Source: Victivallales bacterium
GTDB lineage: Bacteria > Verrucomicrobiota > Lentisphaeria > Victivallales > UBA1829
Assembly: GCA_016285345.1 (NCBI GenBank)
Contig: JAEEQN010000004.1
Span: 29,339 to 93,338, forward strand
Length of the DNA: 64,000 bases
Direction: 5' to 3'
The notes below the pieces were generated by a model. It did no database searches, had not been told where the DNA came from, and saw nothing but the letters and a program-made list of their open reading frames with translations. Every line of letters starts with the position of its first letter. The stretch's first letter is position 1. The position numbers and the translations under genes were made by a program. Shown here piece by piece: positions 39,711 to 49,436 of the stretch.

Positions 39711-40637
39711 ATGAAATCGCTTTCGTTCGCCGTTTCGTTCGCCGCTATGTTCGCTCTCGTCTCCTGCGCCTCCAACGTGCCGCCGCCGGAGGACGAAAAA
39801 GCCGAAGCCTGGACCCCCGGAATCCAGAATTCCTATCCCGACTGGCAGCCGCCGGAGGAAATGCCGGACGGAAATCCCGCCTACGCGGAAGCGTTCGGGG
39901 AACCGCGTCCGGTCGACGGCAAGGAAACTGAAACCGTCGCGGTGGTCGTGGTTGAGGAAACCGCGGAAGCCGCTCCTGTGAAGAAGGTCGACGAGACGCC
40001 GGAAGCCGCCAAGCCGAAGGCGCAGGAACAGCCGCAGCCGGTCGAGGTCAAGCCCGCAGGCCCCGCGAAATTCATGCGTGTCGACGTGTTCCCCGCCGAA
40101 GCCGGAGTCGACGGCGTGTATGCCGTCAACGGCGAACGCGTGAACACCGCTGACCTGAAAACCGCACTCAATGACGCGGCCAAACTCAACAAGGACATCG
40201 CCGTGATCGTGTACGGCCGCACGGATTCCACCGTGGAGGACCTGAACGCCGTCGTGGACTACTGCAAGGAAGCCGGCATCACCAAGCTCAACGTGATGAC
40301 CAACGACGACATCATGGCGCAGCGCCGCGCCGAAGTCCGCGCCCAGAAGGGCATCAAGGACGAGCCGGCGAAGGAACAGAAGACCGATGCGAAGGAAGCC
40401 GCCAAGCCCGCCCGTGAAGTGCTGGCCGCCGATCCCGACCAGCCCTCCACTGAGTATATCGTGAAGGACGGCGATTCCCTCTCCGCTATCGCCAAAACGC
40501 TCTACCACGACGGCACCGCGTGGGAGATCATTTTCGACGCGAACAAAGAACTCCTGAACGGGAAACCGAATTTCCTGAAGCCCAAGATGAAACTTGTCAT
40601 CCCGGCCGTGAAGAAGGTCCCCGTTTCCTCGAAGTAA
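39711..40637 (+). CDS. lipoprotein with ExbD/TolR-like domain and C-terminal LysM
   Basis: Lipobox LVSC; Pro/Glu-rich linker; YIVKDGDSLSAIAK..Y...AW..IF.AN LysM. Confidence 0.75.
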   Translation: MKSLSFAVSFAAMFALVSCASNVPPPEDEKAEAWTPGIQNSYPDWQPPEEMPDGNPAYAEAFGEPRPVDGKETETVAVVVVEETAEAAPVKKVDETPEAAKPKAQEQPQPVEVKPAGPAKFMRVDVFPAEAGVDGVYAVNGERVNTADLKTALNDAAKLNKDIAVIVYGRTDSTVEDLNAVVDYCKEAGITKLNVMTNDDIMAQRRAEVRAQKGIKDEPAKEQKTDAKEAAKPAREVLAADPDQPSTEYIVKDGDSLSAIAKTLYHDGTAWEIIFDANKELLNGKPNFLKPKMKLVIPAVKKVPVSSK

Positions 40638-40651
40638 TTTTGTTATACTCC

Positions 40652-41650
40652 ATGCAATCCACGGAACAGGATCCCGACAGCGCTTCCCCCGACAGTAAAA
40701 CCGGAGGGGGACGCGTCTATTTCGACAGTCCGGGCGCGCTGGAATCGGCGTTCGCCGGGAACTTGACCGGGAATCTCGCCGCGGCGGAATACGCCCTCGG
40801 CGTGAAGTTCGCCTCGCGCGAATCCTGGGCGATGTCCGTGGAGGATACCCCCGACAAACGCGGCGACGGGTTCCTGCGCGAACTCCGCCGCCTTCAGAAA
40901 GAACGCGGCCGCGGTCTGGACCAGTCCGAATTCGACCTGGCGCTGGATGCCTGGCGCGAGGGACGCGAACAGGACCTCGGCACGTATTTCGCCGAACGCG
41001 TCACGGTCGGCCCCGGCAAGAAAGACGTTTCCGCGCGTTCCCCGAACCAGCTTGCCTATCTGCGTGCGATTCGGAGCAAGGACCTCGTGTTCGGCGTCGG
41101 GCCCGCCGGTACCGGCAAGACCTATCTTGCCATGGCGATGGCTGTCTCCCTGCTCGTCGCGGGGAAATACAACCGCATTATCCTGACGCGTCCCGCCGTG
41201 GAGGCCGGGGAAAACCTCGGATTCCTGCCCGGCACGCTTCAGGAGAAGATCAACCCGTATCTGCGTCCGCTGCACGATGCGCTCCACGAGATGATGGACT
41301 ACGCCGCCGCCGAGGAACTGATGTCGCGCGGCGTGATCGAGGTCGCGCCGCTGGCTTTCATGCGCGGGCGCACGCTGAACCATGCGTTCGTGATCCTGGA
41401 TGAGGCGCAGAACGCCTCCCACGAACAGATGTTCATGTTTCTGACCCGCCTCGGATTCCATTCGAAGTGCGTGGTCTGCGGCGATCCCTCGCAGGCGGAC
41501 ATCCCGCACGGCCAGTCCGGGCTGCCGCACGCACTGGACTGTCTGGCGAATATCGACGGCGTGCGGATTTGCCGGTTCGATACGCGCGACGTGGTGCGGC
41601 ATCCGCTGGTGGAAAAGATCATTCGCGCCTATGAGATGAGCGGAAAATGA
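40652..41650 (+). CDS. phoH: PhoH-family ATPase (YbeZ-like)
   Basis: GPAGTGKTYLA, RPAVEAGENLGFLPG, FMRGRTL, DEAQN, VVRHPLV. Confidence 0.93.
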   Translation: MQSTEQDPDSASPDSKTGGGRVYFDSPGALESAFAGNLTGNLAAAEYALGVKFASRESWAMSVEDTPDKRGDGFLRELRRLQKERGRGLDQSEFDLALDAWREGREQDLGTYFAERVTVGPGKKDVSARSPNQLAYLRAIRSKDLVFGVGPAGTGKTYLAMAMAVSLLVAGKYNRIILTRPAVEAGENLGFLPGTLQEKINPYLRPLHDALHEMMDYAAAEELMSRGVIEVAPLAFMRGRTLNHAFVILDEAQNASHEQMFMFLTRLGFHSKCVVCGDPSQADIPHGQSGLPHALDCLANIDGVRICRFDTRDVVRHPLVEKIIRAYEMSGK

Positions 41651-41666
41651 GGAAAGGAATGAAGCA

Positions 41667-44027
41667 ATGACCGAGGAAAAGAAAAAGTCAAATGTTTTTT
41701 TTGAGCATGTCGGCGCATGGATGCAGCGTTCGCTGATCGTGTCCCTGCTGCTGATTCTGATGGTGTTCGGGGCGGCCGTGGCTTTGCTGTGGATTCCGAG
41801 CCAGAGCGACCTGCCGTCCATCGAAAAAGGTTCGCAGGCCGCGCAGGATATCGAAGCCGTCTGTGATTTCTCATATCAGAACAAAAAGGAGGCGATGCGC
41901 GTCTTTCAGACGTTCGCACTGGAGTTTCCGCGTTATTTCCGGTTCGACCCGGCGCGCTCTGAAAAAATCATAAAGGGCTATGAACTCCTGATGCAGGAGG
42001 TCCTGCGCCGGAATGCCGCCGAGGAGGAACGCAAGGCATATGTCGCGCCGGAAAACGCCGACCCGGAAACGTCCGCGATGGTGTCGTTCGTGCAGGAAAT
42101 GCCGCCGCTACTGTATTTCTTCCTCCGTCAGACCGCGCTTGACGACGCCAGGAAGGAAAAAGCCGCCGCGCAGGTGGAGGAGATCGTGTTCGGCGGCATC
42201 GCGACCGCGGACGAACGGAACAAGGCGCAGCCGTTTACCGGCAAGCTGTCCGAGGGCGAGGGCGCCCGGACGGTCAACGCGCAGATGAACGCGAAGATCC
42301 TGGATTCCGATTCGCGCGAAGTCGGTCCGTTCAAACTCAGCGACCTCCCGACGCCGGAGCTCGCCGCCGCACAGACCGTGAACTCCCTGCTGTCCACGGT
42401 GTCCTACGACCAGCGCGTACCCTACGAGGAGCCGCTCCTGCGGTTTTTCCGGGCGCTGTATGCGGACGGGAACCTGACTTACGACGCGGAACTGAGCAGG
42501 CAGCGTCTGGACGAGGAATTCGCGGAGATGCCGAAGGAAGTCCGCGAACCCGAGATATTCCACAAGAAAGGCACGATCCTGATCCACAAGAACGAGATAC
42601 TGAGCGAGGACCAGGCGGAGATGTACAAGGCGTACCAGATACGCTACAGCGAGTATCTCCGCGAACAGCGTACATGGAGCAACCTTTTCCAGAAGACGAT
42701 GCTCGTGGCGCTCCTGATCGTGCTTTCCTGCATTTACATCGTGCGAGTCCACCCCGAGCTCATCGGCAATAACCGTTCGGTGTGGCTGATCGGCTTCGTG
42801 GTCATTATTTCCCTGCTGTGCAACCGGTTTTTTATGGAGCAGTACAACTATTTCGCTTTAGGCAAGGGGTACCCGGTCGTGCCTCTGTACCTGGCGATAC
42901 CGCTGGCGTTGCCCGCGCTCGTGATCGCCGCGATCTACAGCGGGCGTTCCGCCGTGTTCGCCGGGCTGTTCGTGGCGGGCGTGTCCGCCGTGGCGCTGGA
43001 TTTCTCGTTCCCGGCATTCGCCTCGGGACTGTTCGTCTGCGCCGTCGGCACTGTCTGCGTGCGGCAGGTCTACGACTACAAGAAATTCTTCACGCGGTCG
43101 TTTTTCTCCTGCGCGGTCACGATGTGCCTGGCCTCGCTGATCTTCCAGCAGAATCCCGACTTCCTGACGAGCGTCCGCATGCAAGACTGGAACCGTCTGG
43201 GATTCAGCCTGGCCGTGCCGCTGACCGCCGGACTGCTGACTGCGATGGCCGCCTCCGCGCTGATCATCGCGCTGGAGACTGTGCTGGACGTGACGAGCAA
43301 CATGTCGTATCTGTCGCTGACCGACCGGAACCATCCTCTGCTGAAGAAGCTTCAGATGGAGGCGCCCGGCACGTATCACCACTGCGAACGCGTGGCTCTG
43401 CTGGCCGAGGAGGCGGCGAACCGCGTGGGCGGCGTCTCGCTGAAGGCGCAGGCGTACGCGCTGTTCCACGACGTCGGCAAGCTCGCCTCGCCGGAGATGT
43501 TCACGGAAAACTCCAACGGCAAGGATATGTACAAGGACCTGAACCCGGCGGAGAGCGCGGAGATCATCTGCTGCCACGTGGAATTCGGTGTACAGCTGGC
43601 GAAAAAATACAAGCTGAAAACGCCGATCCGCCGCGCCATCGAGTGCCATCACGGCAACGACTTCATCTCGTTCTTCTACGAGAAGGAGAAGCAGCGCACG
43701 GGGAAGACTCCGCCCGAAGCGCCGTTCCGTTATCCCGGCCCGCTGCCGGAGGAGAAGGAATGCGTGATCCTGATGCTGGCGGACTGCTGCGAGGCGGCTG
43801 TCTGCTCGCTGTCCGATCCGACCGAGGAAAACGTGCGCGCCCTGGTGGAAAAGATATTCAACGGCAAGCTCCAGCGCAAACAGCTGGATGCCGCGCACAT
43901 TACGCTGGAACAGCTTACGCAGATCCGCGAATCGTTCCTGAAGACGTTCAAATCCATGAACCATACGCGCGTCTCGTATTCGCGGGCGAAGGCGGAACCG
44001 TCCGGGGGGAAGGGGAAGAAATCATGA
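41667..44027 (+). CDS. 7TM-HD phosphohydrolase (PgpH-like)
   Basis: N-terminal TM, large extracytoplasmic domain, multi-TM block, EAPGTYHH, HDVGK, HHG, FRYPGP.P, MLAD..EAA. Confidence 0.88.
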   Translation: MTEEKKKSNVFFEHVGAWMQRSLIVSLLLILMVFGAAVALLWIPSQSDLPSIEKGSQAAQDIEAVCDFSYQNKKEAMRVFQTFALEFPRYFRFDPARSEKIIKGYELLMQEVLRRNAAEEERKAYVAPENADPETSAMVSFVQEMPPLLYFFLRQTALDDARKEKAAAQVEEIVFGGIATADERNKAQPFTGKLSEGEGARTVNAQMNAKILDSDSREVGPFKLSDLPTPELAAAQTVNSLLSTVSYDQRVPYEEPLLRFFRALYADGNLTYDAELSRQRLDEEFAEMPKEVREPEIFHKKGTILIHKNEILSEDQAEMYKAYQIRYSEYLREQRTWSNLFQKTMLVALLIVLSCIYIVRVHPELIGNNRSVWLIGFVVIISLLCNRFFMEQYNYFALGKGYPVVPLYLAIPLALPALVIAAIYSGRSAVFAGLFVAGVSAVALDFSFPAFASGLFVCAVGTVCVRQVYDYKKFFTRSFFSCAVTMCLASLIFQQNPDFLTSVRMQDWNRLGFSLAVPLTAGLLTAMAASALIIALETVLDVTSNMSYLSLTDRNHPLLKKLQMEAPGTYHHCERVALLAEEAANRVGGVSLKAQAYALFHDVGKLASPEMFTENSNGKDMYKDLNPAESAEIICCHVEFGVQLAKKYKLKTPIRRAIECHHGNDFISFFYEKEKQRTGKTPPEAPFRYPGPLPEEKECVILMLADCCEAAVCSLSDPTEENVRALVEKIFNGKLQRKQLDAAHITLEQLTQIRESFLKTFKSMNHTRVSYSRAKAEPSGGKGKKS

Positions 44028-44545
44028 ATGCCGTCACCGTCTGGCGCGCCGGCAAATGCTTTCCTGCCCCGTCCCGTGCACGCCTCCGCAGAATGACCGC
44101 CGCCGCGGCCGAGCTCGCCGGACTTCACGACGTCCCGGGCGGCGTCTGCGTGTCGTTCCTGTCTCCGGCGGGCATCGAACGCGTGAATGAGGATTTCCTG
44201 GGGCATCACGGCCCGACGGACGTGATCAGCTTCGATTACCGCGCGGAGGACGATCCGGGATTTGAGGACGAAACGGACGTATTGGATGAGGCGGATGACG
44301 CCGATCCCTCCATCGAGCTCATCGTGTGTCCCGCCGTGGCCTACGAACAGGCCGTGAAACGCGGGTTGCCGTATGCCGAGGAAGTGGCGCTGTACGTGGC
44401 GCACGGACTGCTCCACGCCGCCGGATACGATGACCTGAATCCGAAGGCGAAACGTGTGATGCGGCGCGCCGAGAAACGCGTGATGGCCGGACTCCGCAAG
44501 GCCGGACTGATCCCGCCGATGGAATACAAGGACTCTGCCGAATGA
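44024..44545 (+). CDS. ybeY: rRNA maturation endoribonuclease
   Basis: PTDVISF, HGLLHAAGYDD; ATGA overlap with the upstream gene. Confidence 0.88.
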   Translation: MNAVTVWRAGKCFPAPSRARLRRMTAAAAELAGLHDVPGGVCVSFLSPAGIERVNEDFLGHHGPTDVISFDYRAEDDPGFEDETDVLDEADDADPSIELIVCPAVAYEQAVKRGLPYAEEVALYVAHGLLHAAGYDDLNPKAKRVMRRAEKRVMAGLRKAGLIPPMEYKDSAE

Positions 44546-45822
44546 ATCTGATTCTCTTTATTTTCTGCTCCATCCTGTACCTGTGGATCACCGCCGCGTT
44601 CGAGGCGTTCTCCTCGCTGACCGGCGGCCGCATCCTGAAGGTGGCCGAACGCGACCGCAAGTTCGCGGAACAGCTGGAAGAATGGCACGACCGGGAGGAA
44701 TCCCTGCGCGCGCTGCTGAAGCTGATCCTGTGCGTACTGGCGGCGTTCGCGGGCGTGCTTGCGATGGAGTGGACCGGCTCCATCGCGCCGGAGTTCGCGC
44801 ATCATTGGGGCTGGCTGGTCATTATGGGCGCTGTCACGATCCTGACCGTGATCTCCGAACTCGCCGCCCGTCTCGTGATCCTGCGGATCGACCTTGCTAT
44901 CCTGAAGTTCACGGTCCCGATCGTTGCCAGTAAATTCTTCCATCCGCTCGCTACGCTGATCGAAAAGGTGACGACCGCGGGAGACGACTGGCGCCGGGCG
45001 GACGCCCCGGACGAACTGGCCTCCGCCGAAGACGAGATCATGAGCATGCTGGACGGTCCGGACGATGACGAGGACGACAGTCTGGAGGAAGAGGAAAAGC
45101 AGATGATCCGCGGTATTCTGGAACTCGGCGAGATGAAGGTGCGCGAAATCATGACGCCGCGCGTGGATCTGGAGGCAATCCCCGCTTCCGCGAGCGTCGC
45201 CGACGCGAAACGCCTCTTCGTCGAGTCCGGCCACAGCCGCATCCCCGTGTACGGCGCGAACCTGGACGACGTGAAGGGCATCCTGTACGCGAAGGACTTC
45301 ATCGACGAGCACAGTCTGGAGGGCAAGACACTGACCGAGCTGGCGCGTCCGCCGATCTTCATCCCGGAGACCAAGGAAGTGTCCGACCTGCTCCGCCAGA
45401 TCAAACGCACGAGCAACCATTTCGCCGTCATCATCGACGAATACGGCGGGACCTCGGGCGTCGTCACGTTCGAGGACATCATCGAGGAGATCGTGGGCGA
45501 GATCCACGACGAATACGATACCGCCGAGGATTTCGAGGAGCCGCCCGAACATCTGCCGGACGGGTCCGTGATTCTGGACGCCCGCACGCCCGTGGACGAC
45601 GTGAACACCGAGGCCGGGATCATGATCGAGGATTCCGAGGAGGCCGACACCATCGGCGGCTACATCTGCGCCCGCCTGGGACGCATCCCGCGCACGAGGG
45701 AGGTCTACGAGGAGCCGGGCGTATTCCGCGCCACGATCCTTGCGGCGGATTCGCGCACGGTCCGCAAGCTGAAACTTGAACCGATTCAGGAGAAAGAGGG
45801 GAACCCCGATGATGCTGAATAA
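44542..45822 (+). CDS. CNNM/CBS/CorC (hemolysin-family) transporter-associated protein
   Basis: VREIMTPR, GHSRIPVY, IDEYGGTSGVVTFEDIIEEIVGEI.DE. Confidence 0.9.
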   Translation: MNLILFIFCSILYLWITAAFEAFSSLTGGRILKVAERDRKFAEQLEEWHDREESLRALLKLILCVLAAFAGVLAMEWTGSIAPEFAHHWGWLVIMGAVTILTVISELAARLVILRIDLAILKFTVPIVASKFFHPLATLIEKVTTAGDDWRRADAPDELASAEDEIMSMLDGPDDDEDDSLEEEEKQMIRGILELGEMKVREIMTPRVDLEAIPASASVADAKRLFVESGHSRIPVYGANLDDVKGILYAKDFIDEHSLEGKTLTELARPPIFIPETKEVSDLLRQIKRTSNHFAVIIDEYGGTSGVVTFEDIIEEIVGEIHDEYDTAEDFEEPPEHLPDGSVILDARTPVDDVNTEAGIMIEDSEEADTIGGYICARLGRIPRTREVYEEPGVFRATILAADSRTVRKLKLEPIQEKEGNPDDAE

Positions 45823-46513
45823 GACCGAACCGAAAAAGAAACATTTCCAGTTCTTCCGCAACATGATCGTGACCGGTCTCCTCGTGGCGGTCCCGATCGT
45901 GCTGTCGCTCTGGGTGGCCTGGTATCTGTACTCCCGCCTCACGGGCTGGGGGCTTACGCTCGCCGATTCCCTGGGGCTGATGGCCGAGATTCCGCCCTTC
46001 TGGCGGACGCAGATCATCCGCATTCTGGCGCTGATCGTCGTGCTGGCCGTGCTGTTCTTCCTCGGCGTTCTCACGAAGATCACCCTCGGCCGCAAAGTGA
46101 TCGAAAAGGCGCAGGCCCTGCTCCTGAAACTTCCGCTCGTCAACTTCATCTACTCGACCTGCAAGCAGATCGGCGACACGATCATGTCGTCGAAATCGGG
46201 CAGTATGTTCCGGCAGGTCGTCCTGTTCGAATACCCCCGCAAGGGCTGCTGGGCGATCGGGTTCATGACCAACGAAAACACGCCCGAGAACAGCGAGGCG
46301 GCGCGCCGTCTCGGCAAGGGCGACCTGATCAGCGTCTTCATGCCGACCACGCCGAACCCGACAAGCGGATTCCTGATGCTGATCCCGCGCGAGGAGTGCA
46401 TCATGCTCGACATGAGCGTGTCCGACGCCATGCGCCTGATCGTGAGCTGCGGCGCGATCCTGCCCGGCTCCGAAAACGAGGAATCCGGGGAAAAGTCCGG
46501 CGATGTGGGGTGA
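45809..46513 (+). CDS. DUF502 family membrane protein
   Basis: GLLVAVP, LPLVNFIY, EYPRKG, VFMPTTPNPTSG. Confidence 0.88.
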   Translation: MMLNKTEPKKKHFQFFRNMIVTGLLVAVPIVLSLWVAWYLYSRLTGWGLTLADSLGLMAEIPPFWRTQIIRILALIVVLAVLFFLGVLTKITLGRKVIEKAQALLLKLPLVNFIYSTCKQIGDTIMSSKSGSMFRQVVLFEYPRKGCWAIGFMTNENTPENSEAARRLGKGDLISVFMPTTPNPTSGFLMLIPREECIMLDMSVSDAMRLIVSCGAILPGSENEESGEKSGDVG

Positions 46514-47807
46514 ACCGGAACAATCGTCCGGCGCGTTCGCCGGGGAACGCCCCTGGACCGTCACCGAACTGAACGACGCGGTCCGCACGATCCTTGAAGG
46601 CTCGTTCCGTCCGTTCTGGCTGACCGGCGAGGTCGGCTCGTACAACCCGTACCGCTCGGGGCATGTTTATCTCACGTTGAAGGACGCGGCGTCGCAGGTG
46701 CGCGCGGTTTTTTTCAGCGGGTCGGAAGTGTGCCGCAAGCTCGGACTGAAGGTCGGCGACCAGGTCGAGGTGTTCGGCTCGCTGTCGCTCTACACGCAGC
46801 GCGGCGACTTCCAGTTCTACATCAAAAAACTCCAGCTGTGCGGGGTAGGGGACCTGCACCGCCAGTTCGCGCTTCTGAAGGAAAAATTAGCGGAGGAAGG
46901 GCTTTTCGACCCCGAACACAAGAAACCCGTCCCGTTCCTGCCGAAGCGCATCGGCGTCATCAGTTCGCCCATGGGCGCCGCCGTGAAGGACTTCATGAAG
47001 ATCGCCCTCGCGCGATTCCCGAACCTCGAAATCCGCCTGTGTCCCGCCCCCGTGCAGGGCAAGGGCGCGGCGGAGAAACTTGCGCGCGCGGTCCGGTTCT
47101 TCAACCGGGCGGGCGGCGTGGACGTGATCGTGCTGACCCGCGGCGGCGGCTCGATGGAGGACCTGTGGCCGTTCAACGAAGAGGTGCTGGCGCGTGCGAT
47201 CTACGCTTCGAAGATACCCGTGGTGAGCGCGGTCGGACATGAGATCGACTTCACCATTTCGGATTTCGTCGCCGACATGCGCGCGCCGACGCCGAGCGGG
47301 GCGGCGGAACAGCTGATCCCGGAGAAACGCGTGCTGCTCGACTCGCTGGACGACCTGAAAGTGAGGATGAACACGGCAGCCGCGTACGCCGTGGAACGGT
47401 CCGCCGGACGCCTCGCGCACGTGATGGGCTCGAAGGTGTTCCGCGACTCCATGCGTCTGGCGCTGGAACGCATGCAGCGCGTGGACATGCTCATGCAGAG
47501 CGCGTCCGCTGCGCTTCTGCGCCGTGCCGACGCCGCCACGCATCGCCTGGAACGCGTCCGCGCCGAGTTCGATGCCTACGATCCGTTCAGGATTCTGAAG
47601 CGCGGCTACGTCTATCTGGCGGAACCCGGCACGGGGCGTCAGATCACGGGCGTCGGCGGGCTTCGGGCGGGACAGCACGTGCGCGCGATTCTGGCGGACG
47701 GCGCGGCGGATCTGGATGTCCGGAGCGTCCGCGAGGCCGAGGCCGCTCAGAACGGCCGCCGGGACCTGTTGCCGCTGATCACGGCGGAGCCGGAGGCAAC
47801 CAATTAA
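46503..47807 (+). CDS. xseA: exodeoxyribonuclease VII large subunit
   Basis: SGHVYLTLKD, VQGKGA, RGGGSMEDLWPFNEE, SAVGHEIDFT, APTPS. Confidence 0.95.
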   Translation: MWGEPEQSSGAFAGERPWTVTELNDAVRTILEGSFRPFWLTGEVGSYNPYRSGHVYLTLKDAASQVRAVFFSGSEVCRKLGLKVGDQVEVFGSLSLYTQRGDFQFYIKKLQLCGVGDLHRQFALLKEKLAEEGLFDPEHKKPVPFLPKRIGVISSPMGAAVKDFMKIALARFPNLEIRLCPAPVQGKGAAEKLARAVRFFNRAGGVDVIVLTRGGGSMEDLWPFNEEVLARAIYASKIPVVSAVGHEIDFTISDFVADMRAPTPSGAAEQLIPEKRVLLDSLDDLKVRMNTAAAYAVERSAGRLAHVMGSKVFRDSMRLALERMQRVDMLMQSASAALLRRADAATHRLERVRAEFDAYDPFRILKRGYVYLAEPGTGRQITGVGGLRAGQHVRAILADGAADLDVRSVREAEAAQNGRRDLLPLITAEPEATN

Positions 47808-47833
47808 ATGAACCAACGGGAAAGGAGCGTCCC

Positions 47834-48754
47834 ATGAACTTTTCTTTCAGAATGAAACCGGTTGTGCTGATGATTGCCGCGGCCGCGGCGTTGAGTTTTG
47901 TTGCCGCGCTGGATCTTTCCGGCGCGCAGGTGTCGAAGGCGGATGCCGGGGCGGAAAAGAACCTGATCCATGTGGCGACCTACAACGTGCGCGGACCGAG
48001 CGACCGTGCGCCGAACGCGTGGCGGGACCGTCTGCCGCGCATGGTGAAGACCATCCGCGACAACAGATTCGAGCTGATCGGCACGCAGGAAACGCTTTCC
48101 GGACCGATCAAGGACCTCGCCGCTTCGCTCGAGTTCAATTATTTCGGCATCGGGCGCGACAAGCACAAGGGTGACGAGCACAACGTCGTTTTCTACGATC
48201 CCGCGCGCTTCGACGTGATCTCGCAGGAGACGTTCTGGCTCTCCGACAACCCCGGAACCCCCGGTTCCTCCAGCTGGGATTCCGGGTGTCCGCGCATCTG
48301 CACGTGGGGGCTTCTGCTGGACCGCCGGACCAATCAGCGCTTCGTCATCGCGAACACGCACCTCGACAACCGGAGCGCGGTGGCGCGGATTCAGGGGATC
48401 AACGTGCTCCTCACGCGCCTCGCGCCCATGATCGAGAAATACCCGTTCATCCTCACCGGCGACTTCAATTCCACCGCCGACGACATGCCCGTGCGGCGTG
48501 TGCTCGGCGTACTGCGGAACGCCCGCGACGTGTCCGAGACCGACCACTATGGCGCGGGCGACGAGACGTTCCACGATTTTCACGAGAACCGCAGGGAGCG
48601 CACTCACCGGAAGCCGATCGACTTCATCTTCGTGAACAATCGCGTGCGCGTGCTTTCCCACGGCACGATCAACGATTTCCGCAACGGCCTCGCGTCGTCC
48701 GACCATTTCCCCGTTACCGCCGAGATCGTCCTCCTCGACGAACCGGAGAAGTAA
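47834..48754 (+). CDS. exported endonuclease/exonuclease/phosphatase family protein
   Basis: Signal peptide; TYNVR, GTQE, TFWLS, NTHLD, GDFN, IDFIF, SDHFPV. Confidence 0.9.
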   Translation: MNFSFRMKPVVLMIAAAAALSFVAALDLSGAQVSKADAGAEKNLIHVATYNVRGPSDRAPNAWRDRLPRMVKTIRDNRFELIGTQETLSGPIKDLAASLEFNYFGIGRDKHKGDEHNVVFYDPARFDVISQETFWLSDNPGTPGSSSWDSGCPRICTWGLLLDRRTNQRFVIANTHLDNRSAVARIQGINVLLTRLAPMIEKYPFILTGDFNSTADDMPVRRVLGVLRNARDVSETDHYGAGDETFHDFHENRRERTHRKPIDFIFVNNRVRVLSHGTINDFRNGLASSDHFPVTAEIVLLDEPEK

Positions 48755-48887
48755 AGCGGCGTCTTGCTTTTGCCTGAGGGTGTGTCTCCTGATAGCTGCT
48801 CCGGACAAGGTATGTACCTTCGAATAGTCTTATACACCTAGATGATATGTCTTATATGTCATATAGGACATATTTCTTTCCTCAATT

Positions 48888-49230
48888 AACCTAAGCCGTT
48901 CGCGTCTCTGCGGTGAGGGAAATCTACCTTACTGAAAAAGAAGAGGGAGGAACCATTTACTCCCCCCCCAAAAAAGGTTTTTGCCGTTCGCATTTCTACG
49001 GTGAGGTAAATCAGCCCTGTTCGCCCCATTTTTAACCTCAGCCGTTTGCGCCTCCGCGGTGAGGTGAATCCACCTCGACAATCTAAAAAACTTAGCCGTT
49101 CGCGTCTCAGCAGTGAGGTGAATCCACCTCATTCTTCTAAAAACTCAGCCGTTCGCGTCTCAGCGGTCAGAGAAGAATCAGTACCGCAATCTAAACTCTT
49201 CTGCTATTCGCGTCTCGCGGTCAAGTAATC
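48888..49230 (+). repeat. array of six degenerate direct repeats (core GCCGTTCGCGTCTCNGCGGTSAGG...AATC)
   Basis: Core copies start at 48895, 48983, 49041, 49095, 49148, 49203 (periods 88, 58, 54, 53, 55). Confidence 0.9.
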
Positions 49231-49345
49231 CTGTTGCCGAGTGTGAGCGAGGCTACCACGGCGGCGAAGCCGCCCCCAGCAACGCGGGGACGCAACGCGT
49301 CCTTTCCCCCCTTTCCGAAATGTGGAAAAAAAGCATAAAAAACGT

Positions 49346-49373
49346 TTGATTTTTCTCGGACTGAATGTACATT
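49346..49373 (+). promoter_or_regulatory. sigma70-like promoter of the SEL1 gene
   Basis: TTGATT-N16-TACATT; GGAGG RBS before 49437. Confidence 0.45.
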
Positions 49374-49436
49374 GTGCTTTAGAAATAATAGTCCGTCTGT
49401 TTTGTATTCTTGACTATGATAAACGGAGGAATCAAG

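Noticed and set aside
42782-44023. 587-aa ORF 42782-44545 as one protein
   Set aside because: Only 44024-44545 is YbeY; the upstream part is an alternative frame of the 7TM-HD gene
48929-49228. Small ORFs 48929-49132 (-) and 49046-49228 (+)
   Set aside because: They are translations of the DNA repeat with frames shifting between units and no convincing RBS
48888-49230. CRISPR array
   Set aside because: Repeats are degenerate throughout, intervening segments are short and partly similar to each other (CACCTC, CAATCT), and no cas gene is in the window
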